Both the position numbers and the translations under genes were made by a program. The notes below the pieces were generated by a model. The model was not told where the DNA came from and ran no database searches. It was given only the letters and a program-made list of their open reading frames with translations. From positions 200,993-264,992 of the forward strand of contig OZ252105.1 of NCBI GenBank assembly GCA_965248455.1: a DNA stretch of 64,000 nucleotides, written 5' to 3'. This document shows, piece after piece, positions 45,883 to 55,258 of this stretch. Source of the stretch: Dehalococcoidia bacterium. GTDB lineage: Bacteria > Chloroflexota > Dehalococcoidia > Lucifugimonadales > Australimonadaceae. Position 1 is the stretch's first letter, and the number at the start of each line of letters is the position of its first letter.

Positions 45883-46080
45883 CGCTAAGCCTCCTCTGGC
45901 TTGCTAGCCGTGGTGCATCTTACCTGAGTGGCGGGGTTGGCGGTAGACGGGGCGGGAGGAGCTTTGGAGGAGGTATTCGGCGGATACGCCGCCGGACGCG
46001 GTGATGCCTCTCGCCGGCTCCGCATTGCGCCCCGCTGGCGGCGCAGCAGGGAAAGGACGCTCTCCACCGCGCTGCTATCA

Positions 46081-46482
46081 TCACTTAATCTCTTTTGTCT
46101 GTGTTCCTTGCTTCGATGCCTTCCACAAACCCAGGGCCTTACTGTCATAACCAAAGGCAAGCTCCCATAGTTCAATATTCCATGGATTCCGCCATCGAGC
46201 ATCCATGCACTCTTTACGCTGAAAATGCAGGTTGCCCCCCGTGGGACGACCAGTGAATACCGTAATAGGATGTTTGTTTCCAGTGAACAATATGCCGGTT
46301 ATTTCTACGATAATGCCGGTTTCTTCCTTGGTTTCACGATAGGCAGCATGGCGACTTCTTTCATGGTGGTCAACATGACCGCCTGGCAACGCCCACTTCC
46401 CCTTCCGTGACCCATATGCCCGCTGCACAAATAGAGTTTCCCCATGGTCGTTTCCGACCAAACAAGCCGCCACCCTCGTCAT
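46081..46482 (-). CDS. NUDIX hydrolase (copy 2, divergent from copy 1)
   Basis: Nudix box GGHVDHHERSRHAAYRETKEETGI. AAGGAG RBS before ATG 46482. Visibly AT-richer than its surroundings. Confidence 0.75.
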   Translation of the reverse strand: MTRVAACLVGNDHGETLFVQRAYGSRKGKWALPGGHVDHHERSRHAAYRETKEETGIIVEITGILFTGNKHPITVFTGRPTGGNLHFQRKECMDARWRNPWNIELWELAFGYDSKALGLWKASKQGTQTKEIK

Positions 46483-46635
46483 GGTATTATCTCCTTCTGC
46501 ACCTGCGCCCGTGCCGAACAATTTATCTTCATCGCCTAACCTCAAAGCCTCGCTCGATATCGAAGATGTCATAGAAGTCTTCCGCCAAGCGCTCTCTGTA
46601 GGCTTCCTCGGGGCGGGGAGCCGCCGCCTGCGCGC

Positions 46636-47745
46636 CTAGTCGCGTATGTCCTGGAGGAACCACTCGGTGGGGAGCTCGTGGCCGAGGCCCTGAGCCTTCG
46701 CCAGCTCGTAGGCGCGGCCTGCCACGGCGAAGAACTGCGCGCCCTGGATGTTCCCGCGCTCCGAGTAGGTTACCGCGCTGTTGCTCGGCCTGCCTTCCGC
46801 GCCCTCGATCATCTCTTGCAGGAAGACGACGCGGCCCTCCGCGACGATACCGTGGGCGCGGCTGACGCGCGACCGCGATTGGTTGCTGGACGCCGGGCGT
46901 CCGCCGGGCGCGTTGGCCTCGTAGGCGATGAACTCGTCGTGCAGCGCCATCTCCGGTATGCCGACAGGGGCGGGCGCGGAGCCGAGGCGCAACGAGCGGT
47001 CTATGCGCTCCATGGCCTCTCCATCTATGCGCCCGCCGACGCAGGTGATGTGCGCGCCGTCCTCGATGTCCTTGCCGAAGATGACCGGCTCCACGGAGTC
47101 GGTGCAGCCTGCGACGATGTGCGCTCCCTTGCACGCTTCGGCGGCGCTCGTGACAGGGATGACCTCGATGCCCAGCTTCTCCTGAATCTCAGCGGCGTAC
47201 GCTTCCCGGTTGGCCTTAGTGGGGCTGAACACCTGGATGCGCTTGATGTCGCGGACGGCGGCGAACGATTCGGCGTGCGAGCGCGCCATACCGCCTGAGC
47301 CGATCATCGCGACGACCGAGGCATCCTCGCGCGCCATGTACCCCGCGCCGATGCCGGAGTCCGCGCCGACGCGCATGTGCTGCAGAAAGCCGTCGTTCAT
47401 GATCGCCAGAGGTTCGCCGTTCTCGGTGCTCATCAGGAAGATGAGGCCGCAGAAGAGGCCGGGCTGCACGCAGTACTTCTCCTCCGTGCGTACGCCCTCG
47501 TACTCCTGTTCGTACACCACGTCGGACTTCATGCGAATGGCGAAGTAGCCGGATGCGGAGCCTCCCTCCATCGTGCCCCACTGGTACATCTTGTTCGGGT
47601 CGGACGTGGGGATGCGCAGATCGATGCGCGGCCTGCAGACCGCCTCAGTGCGCGCGAGCTCCTCATAGGCGCGCTTCAGCGAGTCGATGGTGTCCTGCAT
47701 CGTGAGGACGGCTGCGACGTTGTCGTTGTTCAGGATGAGCGTCAT
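46636..47745 (-). CDS. ornithine cyclodeaminase / mu-crystallin family protein
   Basis: MTLILNNDNVAAVLTMQDTIDSLKRAYEELA N-terminus and MIGSGGMARSH Rossmann motif. ATG 47745 overlaps the protease stop (ATGA). Confidence 0.8.
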   Translation of the reverse strand: MTLILNNDNVAAVLTMQDTIDSLKRAYEELARTEAVCRPRIDLRIPTSDPNKMYQWGTMEGGSASGYFAIRMKSDVVYEQEYEGVRTEEKYCVQPGLFCGLIFLMSTENGEPLAIMNDGFLQHMRVGADSGIGAGYMAREDASVVAMIGSGGMARSHAESFAAVRDIKRIQVFSPTKANREAYAAEIQEKLGIEVIPVTSAAEACKGAHIVAGCTDSVEPVIFGKDIEDGAHITCVGGRIDGEAMERIDRSLRLGSAPAPVGIPEMALHDEFIAYEANAPGGRPASSNQSRSRVSRAHGIVAEGRVVFLQEMIEGAEGRPSNSAVTYSERGNIQGAQFFAVAGRAYELAKAQGLGHELPTEWFLQDIRD

Positions 47746-48206
47746 GGGGTAGGCTCCTGTCGTGGGTAGGACTCGAAAGTAACGCGGCCGGTAACGCCGT
47801 TGTAAGTCATGGTGAAGCGCCGGAGAATGTCCCTGCCAATGATGGCATAGTAGGGCAGGCCCCCACTTGTCAGATGAACGCCTGCGAATTGGCCGTTGAT
47901 CGTGAAGTCGAAATGGGGGATATGAACCTGCGCTAGGTGCATGTTCATCGCGGCTGGGCCATGAATCCCAGTTATGACCTGGTGATCCACTACGGGAAGG
48001 CGCAGGTTGTCGGCAAGGCTTGTGTCGATGCAACTTTCTGAGGCGCCCGTATCGATGAGAGCGGGGAACTGGTCAGACCCAAGGTTAGGCTGGTTGCCGC
48101 TGTCAGGGTCGTAAGAAGTGTCAAGGCCAATTCGGACAGCCAGTGTTGGCCCTATGCTCACCAGCATGTCCGGCTGCCCGTCGAATCCGCAGTCGGCAAC
48201 TGGCAT
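47742..48206 (-). CDS. retropepsin-like aspartic protease, copy 2
   Basis: ALIDTGASESCI (DTGA) and IIGRDILRRF. The ATG overlaps the upstream stop by 1 nt. Confidence 0.7.
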   Translation of the reverse strand: MPVADCGFDGQPDMLVSIGPTLAVRIGLDTSYDPDSGNQPNLGSDQFPALIDTGASESCIDTSLADNLRLPVVDHQVITGIHGPAAMNMHLAQVHIPHFDFTINGQFAGVHLTSGGLPYYAIIGRDILRRFTMTYNGVTGRVTFESYPRQEPTP

Positions 48207-48502
48207 CAGTGAATCCCGAAAACGAGGGACGGAGGCAACTGCAACGGCCCTTTCCCTACTTTGCGAATGAGGTACGGCCCGCGACCGAAGCGGCGCATCG
48301 CCACCCGGGCCGCATCCTCAAATGCCGGATAGGTTCCGATGAGTTCCCCGTCACGCACGATGACCCACTCGCCGAAGTGGTCGGTTTCCAGCAAGTCCTG
48401 CATCCGCTCGTAGGCGGCAATCTCTTCACTCAACTTGGCCATGGCGTCCCCCGCCGGTTGTTCGCCAACCTCATGGGTAGATTGCTGCCTATTAGCGCGC
48501 AT
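48206..48502 (-). CDS. small partner protein (DUF5678-like), copy 2
   Basis: …DHFGEWVIVRDGELIGTYPAFEDAARVAMRRF… aligns with copy 1. Start is either 48502 (overlapping the Rieske stop) or ATG 48442. Confidence 0.5.
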   Translation of the reverse strand: MRANRQQSTHEVGEQPAGDAMAKLSEEIAAYERMQDLLETDHFGEWVIVRDGELIGTYPAFEDAARVAMRRFGRGPYLIRKVGKGPLQLPPSLVFGIH

Positions 48503-49785
48503 CAGCCTTTTGCTGCTGCAGCCTCGCGTCTGTCCAGGATGGGGCTGTACATCGTGGCGGCACCCTGGCGAGAGGACGTGTCCACGTAGTTGTGCTGCTC
48601 CGTCATGAACGGGATGTAGGCGTTCTGCTCAGCGTCTCGGTAGACCTCCATGGGGTCTCCGCCGTCCTCGACGATGCGGATGTTGTCCTCCAGCATCTGC
48701 CGGAACATGATGATGCCCTTGTCGGAGCGTCCCAGATGCTCGCCGGTGCGGTCCGCGATATCGCCCTGCGTGATCCACGCAGCGGGGTCTTGCGAGGAAT
48801 TGCTGCGCAATTCCGGGTAGACCGGCTGACCATTCACGTCCAGCATGGGAACGGGCGGGCGGTAGAAGGGAATCTCCTCCGCTGTCTGTTCCTCGTCGCC
48901 TGCGACCATCGGGTAGCACGCCACCCACCAGTGGCCGGTCGTGTAGTCGTCGATGGGGGTGCGAATCTGGAACGCGGGGCCCATCGAGAAGCTGCCCCGG
49001 TACGTGCCGTCGGTGATGTTGAAGCCGTCGCCGCCCTGGCGCAGGTAGTTCGGGAAGATGATGGGGTGCCCATCCTTCCATTCGGTGTCTTCCTCGGAGC
49101 CGCCTTCCCAGATACGGCGCTTGATGATGCCGTGCTCGAACGCGTCGAAGTGGATGACCTTGTGAGGGCGGCGCGTACGCCGATCCTCATCGCCGTTCAT
49201 CTCTCGGATGAAGTTTGCCCACGCGACGTGCAGCCATTCGAGGTGTACGGGGTCGAGCGAGTTCTCCTGGCACTGCAGCCAGTTGCACGACAGTTCAGCG
49301 TAGCCGATGTCGCGCAGGACGCCGGTTGCGGAGAAGACATCGTAGTTGGGGATGAGCGGCACGGGCGTGGGGCCCATGTAGGCGAACACCAACCCAGCCT
49401 TCACCTCCACCGGGTACGCCTTCATCTTGATCTTGTCCTTGAACCGCGCCTCCGGGTCCTCCGTCTCCTCGTACGGCTGCTCGATGCACTGCCCCGTCTC
49501 GTCGTACAGCCATCCGTGATACGGACAGCGCAGACCATGCTCCTCCGGTATGCCGTAGATCACGTTCATGCGCCGGTGAGCGCAGTGCGGCTCCATGAGG
49601 CCGAATGTGCCGGAGCGATCCTTGTACAGGATGAGATCCTCGCCCAGGAGGCGCACCTTCATCGTCCACTTGTCGTTCATCTGCGAAACGGCGGCGATGG
49701 GGTGCCAGTAGCGGCGCATCAGCTCGCCCATCGGCGTGCCGGGGCCGACTCGGGTATAGCGGTCGTTAGCTTCCTGTGTCAGCAT
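48502..49785 (-). CDS. Rieske oxygenase alpha subunit, paralog 4 (intermediate subfamily)
   Basis: CAHRR...CPYHGW and NSLDPVHLEWLH. AAGGAGAG RBS. Confidence 0.9.
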   Translation of the reverse strand: MLTQEANDRYTRVGPGTPMGELMRRYWHPIAAVSQMNDKWTMKVRLLGEDLILYKDRSGTFGLMEPHCAHRRMNVIYGIPEEHGLRCPYHGWLYDETGQCIEQPYEETEDPEARFKDKIKMKAYPVEVKAGLVFAYMGPTPVPLIPNYDVFSATGVLRDIGYAELSCNWLQCQENSLDPVHLEWLHVAWANFIREMNGDEDRRTRRPHKVIHFDAFEHGIIKRRIWEGGSEEDTEWKDGHPIIFPNYLRQGGDGFNITDGTYRGSFSMGPAFQIRTPIDDYTTGHWWVACYPMVAGDEEQTAEEIPFYRPPVPMLDVNGQPVYPELRSNSSQDPAAWITQGDIADRTGEHLGRSDKGIIMFRQMLEDNIRIVEDGGDPMEVYRDAEQNAYIPFMTEQHNYVDTSSRQGAATMYSPILDRREAAAAKG

Positions 49786-49852
49786 GAGAATTCTCTCCTT
49801 GTGCTGTGGTTACCGGATTCTGTGCGATTTGGCCAGAGTATAGCAGTCCTTC

Positions 49853-51130
49853 CTATGCTCCCTGTGCTGCCCCCGCGGTGCGGGGTATGCTGCGCAGGCC
49901 TTCCCAGCTTTCCAACGTCTCATCCACGAGCGAGGCGACTGTTGGCTCGCCGGCCTCGACGAGCGTGTAGCCGAAGCGGCGGCGATTGCCGAACTTCACG
50001 TGCTCCAGCGGCAGGTGGATGGCCTCGTTCGTCGCAGGGTCGCGGAACGTGTTCATGGGGTCGCCCCCGTCCGCGACGAGTTGCGCCTGCTCCTGAAGGA
50101 GCTTGCGGAAGAGGATGATGCCCTTGTCCGACTCACCAAGATGTTCGAGGTTGCGCTTGGCGACGGGGCCCTGCGTTATCCACGCGAGGTAATCCTGGTT
50201 GAAGAGGATGTCGCTGATGTAGCGCCCCTCGTCGTTCTTGAGCGGGATGTAGCGGTAGGGGACGACGTCCTGACGCGGCGCCTGCGACCCAGGTGCGGGC
50301 CGCCAGGCGTAATAGGAGACGTGGTAGGTGTGCGTGTCGTCCGCGGGCACACGGAACTGGAAGGTGGAGCGTACCTCGTCCCCGACGAGCAGGATGTTGG
50401 GGAACATGATGGGGTGCCCCTCTGACCAGTCGTCGTCTTCCTCCGTGTAGCCTGCCTCGACGCGGCGCTTGATGATGCCGTGCTCGAAGACGTCGAATCC
50501 GATCTTCAGATGCGTGCCTCGCAGTTCAGGCAGTGCGTGGACGCCGTTGCGCTGCACGTTGGTGTAGTAGGCGTGGAGCCACTCGTTGTGAACCGGGTCG
50601 AGCGAGTTCTCCTGGCACTGCAGCCAGTTGCACGGGAGCTCCGATATGCAGACCTCCCGCACGGCGTTGTCCCAGGTCAGCTGCTCCCAACGCGGCAGCA
50701 GCGGCGCAGGCTGCGGACCCATGTATGCGAAGACGAGGCCTCCCAATTCCTGCACCGGGTAGCCCGCGATCTTCACCTTCTCCTTGAAACGTCCGTCCGG
50801 GTGCACCGTCTCCTCGAACGGCTGCTCTATGCACTGGCCGGTCTCGTCCATCATCCAGCCGTGGTACATGCAGCGCAGGCCGTGCTCCTCCGGTATGCCG
50901 TAGGTGAGATCGACCCTGCGATGCGGGCAGGCGCGCTCGATGAGTCCGAGCGTACCGGACTTGTCGCGATAGAGAACGAGATCTTCGTTGAGCAGGCGCA
51001 CTGGCTTGGTGGGGCGCTCGTTGAGTTCAGCGGTAGCGGCGATGGGATGCCAGTAGCGGCGCATCAGTTCGCCCATAGGCGTACCCTGACCTACTTTCGT
51101 AAGGTCTTCGTTGGCTTTGACGCTAAGCAT
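49853..51130 (-). CDS. Rieske oxygenase alpha subunit, paralog 5 (subfamily B)
   Basis: CPHRR...CMYHGW and NSLDPVHNEWLH. GGGAG RBS. Confidence 0.9.
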   Translation of the reverse strand: MLSVKANEDLTKVGQGTPMGELMRRYWHPIAATAELNERPTKPVRLLNEDLVLYRDKSGTLGLIERACPHRRVDLTYGIPEEHGLRCMYHGWMMDETGQCIEQPFEETVHPDGRFKEKVKIAGYPVQELGGLVFAYMGPQPAPLLPRWEQLTWDNAVREVCISELPCNWLQCQENSLDPVHNEWLHAYYTNVQRNGVHALPELRGTHLKIGFDVFEHGIIKRRVEAGYTEEDDDWSEGHPIMFPNILLVGDEVRSTFQFRVPADDTHTYHVSYYAWRPAPGSQAPRQDVVPYRYIPLKNDEGRYISDILFNQDYLAWITQGPVAKRNLEHLGESDKGIILFRKLLQEQAQLVADGGDPMNTFRDPATNEAIHLPLEHVKFGNRRRFGYTLVEAGEPTVASLVDETLESWEGLRSIPRTAGAAQGA

Positions 51131-51190
51131 GCATTATCTCCCGAGTCTGGAGTTAGGCGATAGCGTAGTTAAGCAGGAAGCACTCGTCAA

Positions 51191-51224
51191 GGAGAGAACG
51201 TGCGCGGGTCAGCGAACGTAGGCG
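51191..51224 (+). repeat. direct repeat flanking the higBA cassette (left)
   Basis: ggagag..g.gcgcggg.tc.gcgaacgtaggcg is shared with 51971-52006, with a perfect 13-nt core gcgaacgtaggcg. Confidence 0.45.
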
Positions 51225-51262
51225 TGGGATCGGGGATGATCATCGAAGTGTCATGAGCGGCT

Positions 51263-51586
51263 TTAGTGGGCAGGCGCGTAGAGGGAGAGCTTCTCTTCAT
51301 CCAGGAGCTTGGCACGGCGCTCGACCCCCTCGACGGGGGATTGATCCCGCCAGAGTTGCCATCGCACTTCTAGGTTGAGCCAGACCTCGGCGCTCGTCCC
51401 GAAGGCGGCCCCTAGTTCTCTGGCTGTCTGGCTGGTGATTGCCCGCTTGCCATTGATCAGTTCGCTGACCTTCGGTTCGCTTCTGCCTAGAACCTTGGCG
51501 AGGTCGCGCTGAGTCCAGCCGCGTGCCTCGATCTCATCCTTGATGTACGCACCGGGAGGATATGCTTCCGCAACTGTCCGTTCCAT
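51263..51586 (-). CDS. higA: type II antitoxin HigA (XRE HTH)
   Basis: PGAYIKDEIEARGWTQRDLAKVLGRSEPKVSELINGKRAIT. Confidence 0.8.
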   Translation of the reverse strand: MERTVAEAYPPGAYIKDEIEARGWTQRDLAKVLGRSEPKVSELINGKRAITSQTARELGAAFGTSAEVWLNLEVRWQLWRDQSPVEGVERRAKLLDEEKLSLYAPAH

Positions 51587-51615
51587 GTCCTCGCCCTCGC
51601 GGCCTTGCGCCGGAT

Positions 51616-51912
51616 TCAGTGGTAATCGGTGACCTCTACCAAAACAACTCTGGAGCGTCCACCCGCCTTTTCAAGTTCGATGATGAGCCTGTATTGATCG
51701 TTCAGGCGCATCGAGTGCTGGTGGCTGCGGTTGCCGCGAAGCTTCTCGAAACGCAACGACCGCATCTGCCGCAGATCCCGCTCGTCCTGGGCCGCCCGAA
51801 TCCAGCCGATGACCTTGCGGTAACTCTTGACCACGCCAACGGGCAACCCCGCGTCAACCCCAGGGTCAGTCTCCAAGCGATCCAGTTCTTCATCCGCGAA
51901 CTCGATATCCAC
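51616..51912 (-). CDS. higB: type II toxin HigB / RelE-ParE superfamily
   Basis: …SLRFEKLRGNRSHQHSMRLNDQYRLI… killer-protein motif. Lies upstream of higA, the usual HigBA order. Confidence 0.8.
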   Translation of the reverse strand: MDIEFADEELDRLETDPGVDAGLPVGVVKSYRKVIGWIRAAQDERDLRQMRSLRFEKLRGNRSHQHSMRLNDQYRLIIELEKAGGRSRVVLVEVTDYH

Positions 51913-51970
51913 AGGCTAGCTCACTTTACCAGGTTACCACAAGGTGATAACTCCATCTATCTCGTCTTAC

Positions 51971-52006
51971 GGAGAGCGCCGCGCGCGGGGTCGGCGAACG
52001 TAGGCG
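51971..52006 (+). repeat. direct repeat flanking the higBA cassette (right)
   Basis: See 51191-51224. Confidence 0.45.
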
Positions 52007-52111
52007 GCTGCTATTATGGCTTGCCAACCAAACCGCGCACAGCCCGGAGCCTCACTGCTTGCAGGGTGGTACCACATAGTCGCAGTGCTTTACGCATGCA
52101 ACCACATGTAG

Positions 52112-52495
52112 GTGTACGACATGGCCACCTACAGCATAAGAGAATTCAAAACCAGAGTCAGCGGCATACTCAGGAACCTCGACAATGGCGAAGAAGTGAT
52201 CATCACCCGCCGCGGGGAACCGTGCGCTAGGCTCATGCCTGTCCAGCGTTCCATTGGGGGAAGGCCTTCACTCGGCACACTCAGGGGAGCCTTGGCCAAC
52301 CTGCCGGACGCGAGTTACGAGGACTTCCAGAAATCTACCAGCTCGATCCCCACTTCCTGTAATCGAGACAGAGACCGCCACGAGGGCGGTCTCCACTCTA
52401 CCGGCGAAACGTCAGGGATAGCGCCATACGAACGCGCCCGCACTATCGGCCCAGCGTGGCCTCCACGCCGAGGTAGTCTACCCAGGTGCGCATGA
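52112..52495 (+). CDS. orphan Phd/YefM-type antitoxin; only the N-terminal 70-80 aa look genuine
   Basis: MATYSIREFKTRVSGILRNLDNGEEVIITRRGEPCARLMPV. The ORF then runs through a hairpin and 53 nt into the 3' end of Rieske paralog 6. No toxin gene follows. Confidence 0.4.
   Translation: MYDMATYSIREFKTRVSGILRNLDNGEEVIITRRGEPCARLMPVQRSIGGRPSLGTLRGALANLPDASYEDFQKSTSSIPTSCNRDRDRHEGGLHSTGETSGIAPYERARTIGPAWPPRRGSLPRCA
52369..52393. other. conserved GC hairpin downstream of Rieske paralog 6
   Basis: cagagaccgcc acgag ggcggtctc. The same sequence occurs at 58500-58525. Confidence 0.6.
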
Positions 52496-53711
52496 CCTCC
52501 TCGATGTCGGTTACGGCGGTGGTGTCGCCCGCCTCAGGCGGGATGTAGCGTGCCTGCGCCCGCATGCCGAACTTGACCTTCTCCACAGGGGCGTGGAGCA
52601 GCTGATCAGGGTCGTTGCGGAAGACGTTCATCGGGTCGCCGCCGTCCTGGGCGATGGCGATGTTACGCTGCAACTGCTTACGGAACAGGATGATGCCGAC
52701 GTCCGACGCGCCGAGCTTCTCCTTCTCGCGCTTGGCGATCGGACCCTGAGTCGCCCACGCCATGTAGTCCTGGTTGAACGTCCAGTCGACGATGAAGCGG
52801 CCCTCGTCGTCCTTGAGGGGGACGTAGCGGTAGGGCACGGTCTCCTGTCGCGGGGCGGCTGCGCCGGGAGCGGCGCGGTAGTTGTAGATCGACACATGCA
52901 GCGTGTTGGAGTCGTCGACGGGTACGCGGAACTGGAAGGTGGCGCGCGCCTCGTTGCCCACGAGCAGGATGTTGGGGAAGAGGACGGGGTGCCCCTCGGC
53001 CCACTCGTCGTCGGTTTCGTCCTTCCCGAACAACAGGCGGCGCTTGATGATGCCGAACTCGAATTCGTCGAACCCGATATTCATATGCTTCCGGGATGAA
53101 CCCTGTTGGGAAACGGCGATGCGATCCGTGTTGCGGTACGCGCCCATGTACGCGTGAAGCCATTCGACGTGAACCGGGTCGAGCGAATTCTCCTGGCATT
53201 GCAGCCAGTTGCAGGGGATCGTCGTGATCGCGATGTCGCGGACGGCGTTATCCCACAGCAGGTGCTCCCAGCGCGGCAGCAAGGGGGTGGGCTGCGGGCC
53301 CATGTAGGCGAAAACAAGCCCTGCCATCTCCTGCACGGGGTAGCCCGCGATCTTCACCTTCTCCTTGAAGCGTCCGTCCGGGTGAACGGTCTCCTCGAAC
53401 GGCTGCTCGATACACTGGCCGGTCTCGTCCATCATCCAGCCGTGGTACATGCAGCGCAGACCGTGCTCCTCCGGTATGCCGTAGGAGAGATCGACGCGGC
53501 GATGCGGGCAGGCGCGCTCGATGAGTCCGAGCGTACCGGACTTGTCGCGATAGAGCACCAGGTCCTCGCCCATGAGTCGCACGGCCTTGGTGGGGCGTTC
53601 GTCGAGCTCGGCGGTAGCGGCGATGGGATGCCAGTAGCGGCGCATCAGATCGCCCATCGGCGTACCGGGGCCGACCTGTGTGAGTTCTGCGTTCTCCTGG
53701 GTGCTCAACAT
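52443..53711 (-). CDS. Rieske oxygenase alpha subunit, paralog 6 (subfamily B)
   Basis: CPHRR...CMYHGW and NSLDPVHVEWLH. GGAGGGA RBS before ATG 53711. Confidence 0.9.
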   Translation of the reverse strand: MLSTQENAELTQVGPGTPMGDLMRRYWHPIAATAELDERPTKAVRLMGEDLVLYRDKSGTLGLIERACPHRRVDLSYGIPEEHGLRCMYHGWMMDETGQCIEQPFEETVHPDGRFKEKVKIAGYPVQEMAGLVFAYMGPQPTPLLPRWEHLLWDNAVRDIAITTIPCNWLQCQENSLDPVHVEWLHAYMGAYRNTDRIAVSQQGSSRKHMNIGFDEFEFGIIKRRLLFGKDETDDEWAEGHPVLFPNILLVGNEARATFQFRVPVDDSNTLHVSIYNYRAAPGAAAPRQETVPYRYVPLKDDEGRFIVDWTFNQDYMAWATQGPIAKREKEKLGASDVGIILFRKQLQRNIAIAQDGGDPMNVFRNDPDQLLHAPVEKVKFGMRAQARYIPPEAGDTTAVTDIEEVMRTWVDYLGVEATLGR

Positions 53712-53736
53712 GGACTGATCCCTCCACACGTGCAGA

Positions 53737-53757
53737 TTGGCGGCATTGTAGCACTGC
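53737..53757 (-). promoter_or_regulatory. conserved 21-nt motif carrying an extended -10-like TGCTACAAT
   Basis: Revcomp reads gcagTGcTACAATgccgccaa, 25 nt upstream of the paralog 6 ATG. An identical 21-mer lies at 56210-56230. Confidence 0.35.
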
Positions 53758-53974
53758 GCTAGCCCGGCGATGCAGTTGCCTGGGACTGTGTGGAACTATG
53801 CGCTATCGTGCAGCCGTGGGCGTAGTACGTGTGGCTGCTTAGTTGCACACAGGCATCGCAGCGCTGGTGTCTGCTACTGCTATCTTCCCTGCACCGCTGT
53901 CTACTGGGCGTGACTGTCAGCGTATAAGTGCCGCTTTCTCCTGCGAAGTTCTCCACACTTACGCAGTATTAGGC

Positions 53975-55258
53975 TCAACCTTGGTATCGGACGATGTCGC
54001 GAACCGTGAGCATCGCCACTACCAATGTCGCAACGCCGATAACGACACCCACGATGAGCGCGTTGGGCGCCAGGATCGCAGCCGCCATGCTCCCAAGGAT
54101 CAGCTGACCCAGCGACGGCCCGCCGCGATTCGAGAGTTGCAGCACGGCGGTCGCGCGGCCTCGTATGTCGTCGGGCACCGCCATCTGCAGGATCGTTGAG
54201 CGCATGATGGCGCCGATCCCGTCCGTCGCTCCCACCAACGTCAGCGCGAGCAGCGAGAGCAGATAGTTACGCGACAGTGCAAACACCGCCATCGAAGCGA
54301 GATACGCAGCGTAGGAGCCCACCACCACGAGTCCCTTGCGTTTGAAGTCACCGGCGATCAGCAGCGCGCCGGAGCCCAGCAGGAACCCCACCGCTGGCGC
54401 GGAGAACAGCACCCCGTAGCCGAACGTGCCGACCTCCAGGATGTCCTTGAACACCGGCACGAGGCCCCGATGGTTCGTGAACAGCATCGCCACGATATCC
54501 AGCAGCATCATGGCAAGTATCACGTGTGTGCTGAACACGAACCGGAAACCCTGCAGCATCGACTTCACGTCCATGCGCCGCCTGCCTCCCGATGTGCCGG
54601 GCGGCATCGCCTTGACCAGGAACAGTGCGCCGATGGAAGGGACGAAGATGAAGCAGACGGTGGCGTAGGTCCAGCCCGCGCCAACCAGTCCGATCAACAG
54701 TCCGCCTATGGCCGGGCCGATGAGCATCGCGGCGTGGCGTGCGGCTTGGTTCAACGTGATCGCGTTCATCAGGTGGCTGCGAGGCACCAGGTGGGGGAGC
54801 ATCGCCATGCGCGCCGGACCCTCGAACGTGTTCACCGCCGCAGTCACGAGGGTGGTTCCGTAGATGTGCCACACCTCGATGCTGTCGGTCAGCATCAGCG
54901 CCGCAAGCACACAGGCCAGCAGGAAATTGCCTGCCTGCGTGATGATTAGCAGCGTCCGGCGATCCACCATGTCGGCGATGGAGCCTCCGATGAACACGAG
55001 GAGGAGCATCGGCCCGAACTGGAAGACGCCGAGAAGACCGAGGCTGAAAGGGGAGCCGGTGATCTCCCAGATGACCAGGAGGTTGGTGATCTGCCGTATC
55101 TGAAAGCCGACGAAGCCGATGACAAAGCTGGCGAGCACCCATCGGAACTCGCCGAACCCGAACGAAGCCAGAGGTTTGATCCTGGCAACGCTTGGCTCGC
55201 GTTCAGGGGTTGGCCCGCGTCCGGCGGATGGAGAATCCGGGCCTAGCGTTTCAGCCAC
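53975..55258 (-). CDS. MFS transporter
   Basis: About 12 TM segments and GGSIADMVDRR loop motif. Confidence 0.8.
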   Translation of the reverse strand: MAETLGPDSPSAGRGPTPEREPSVARIKPLASFGFGEFRWVLASFVIGFVGFQIRQITNLLVIWEITGSPFSLGLLGVFQFGPMLLLVFIGGSIADMVDRRTLLIITQAGNFLLACVLAALMLTDSIEVWHIYGTTLVTAAVNTFEGPARMAMLPHLVPRSHLMNAITLNQAARHAAMLIGPAIGGLLIGLVGAGWTYATVCFIFVPSIGALFLVKAMPPGTSGGRRRMDVKSMLQGFRFVFSTHVILAMMLLDIVAMLFTNHRGLVPVFKDILEVGTFGYGVLFSAPAVGFLLGSGALLIAGDFKRKGLVVVGSYAAYLASMAVFALSRNYLLSLLALTLVGATDGIGAIMRSTILQMAVPDDIRGRATAVLQLSNRGGPSLGQLILGSMAAAILAPNALIVGVVIGVATLVVAMLTVRDIVRYQG

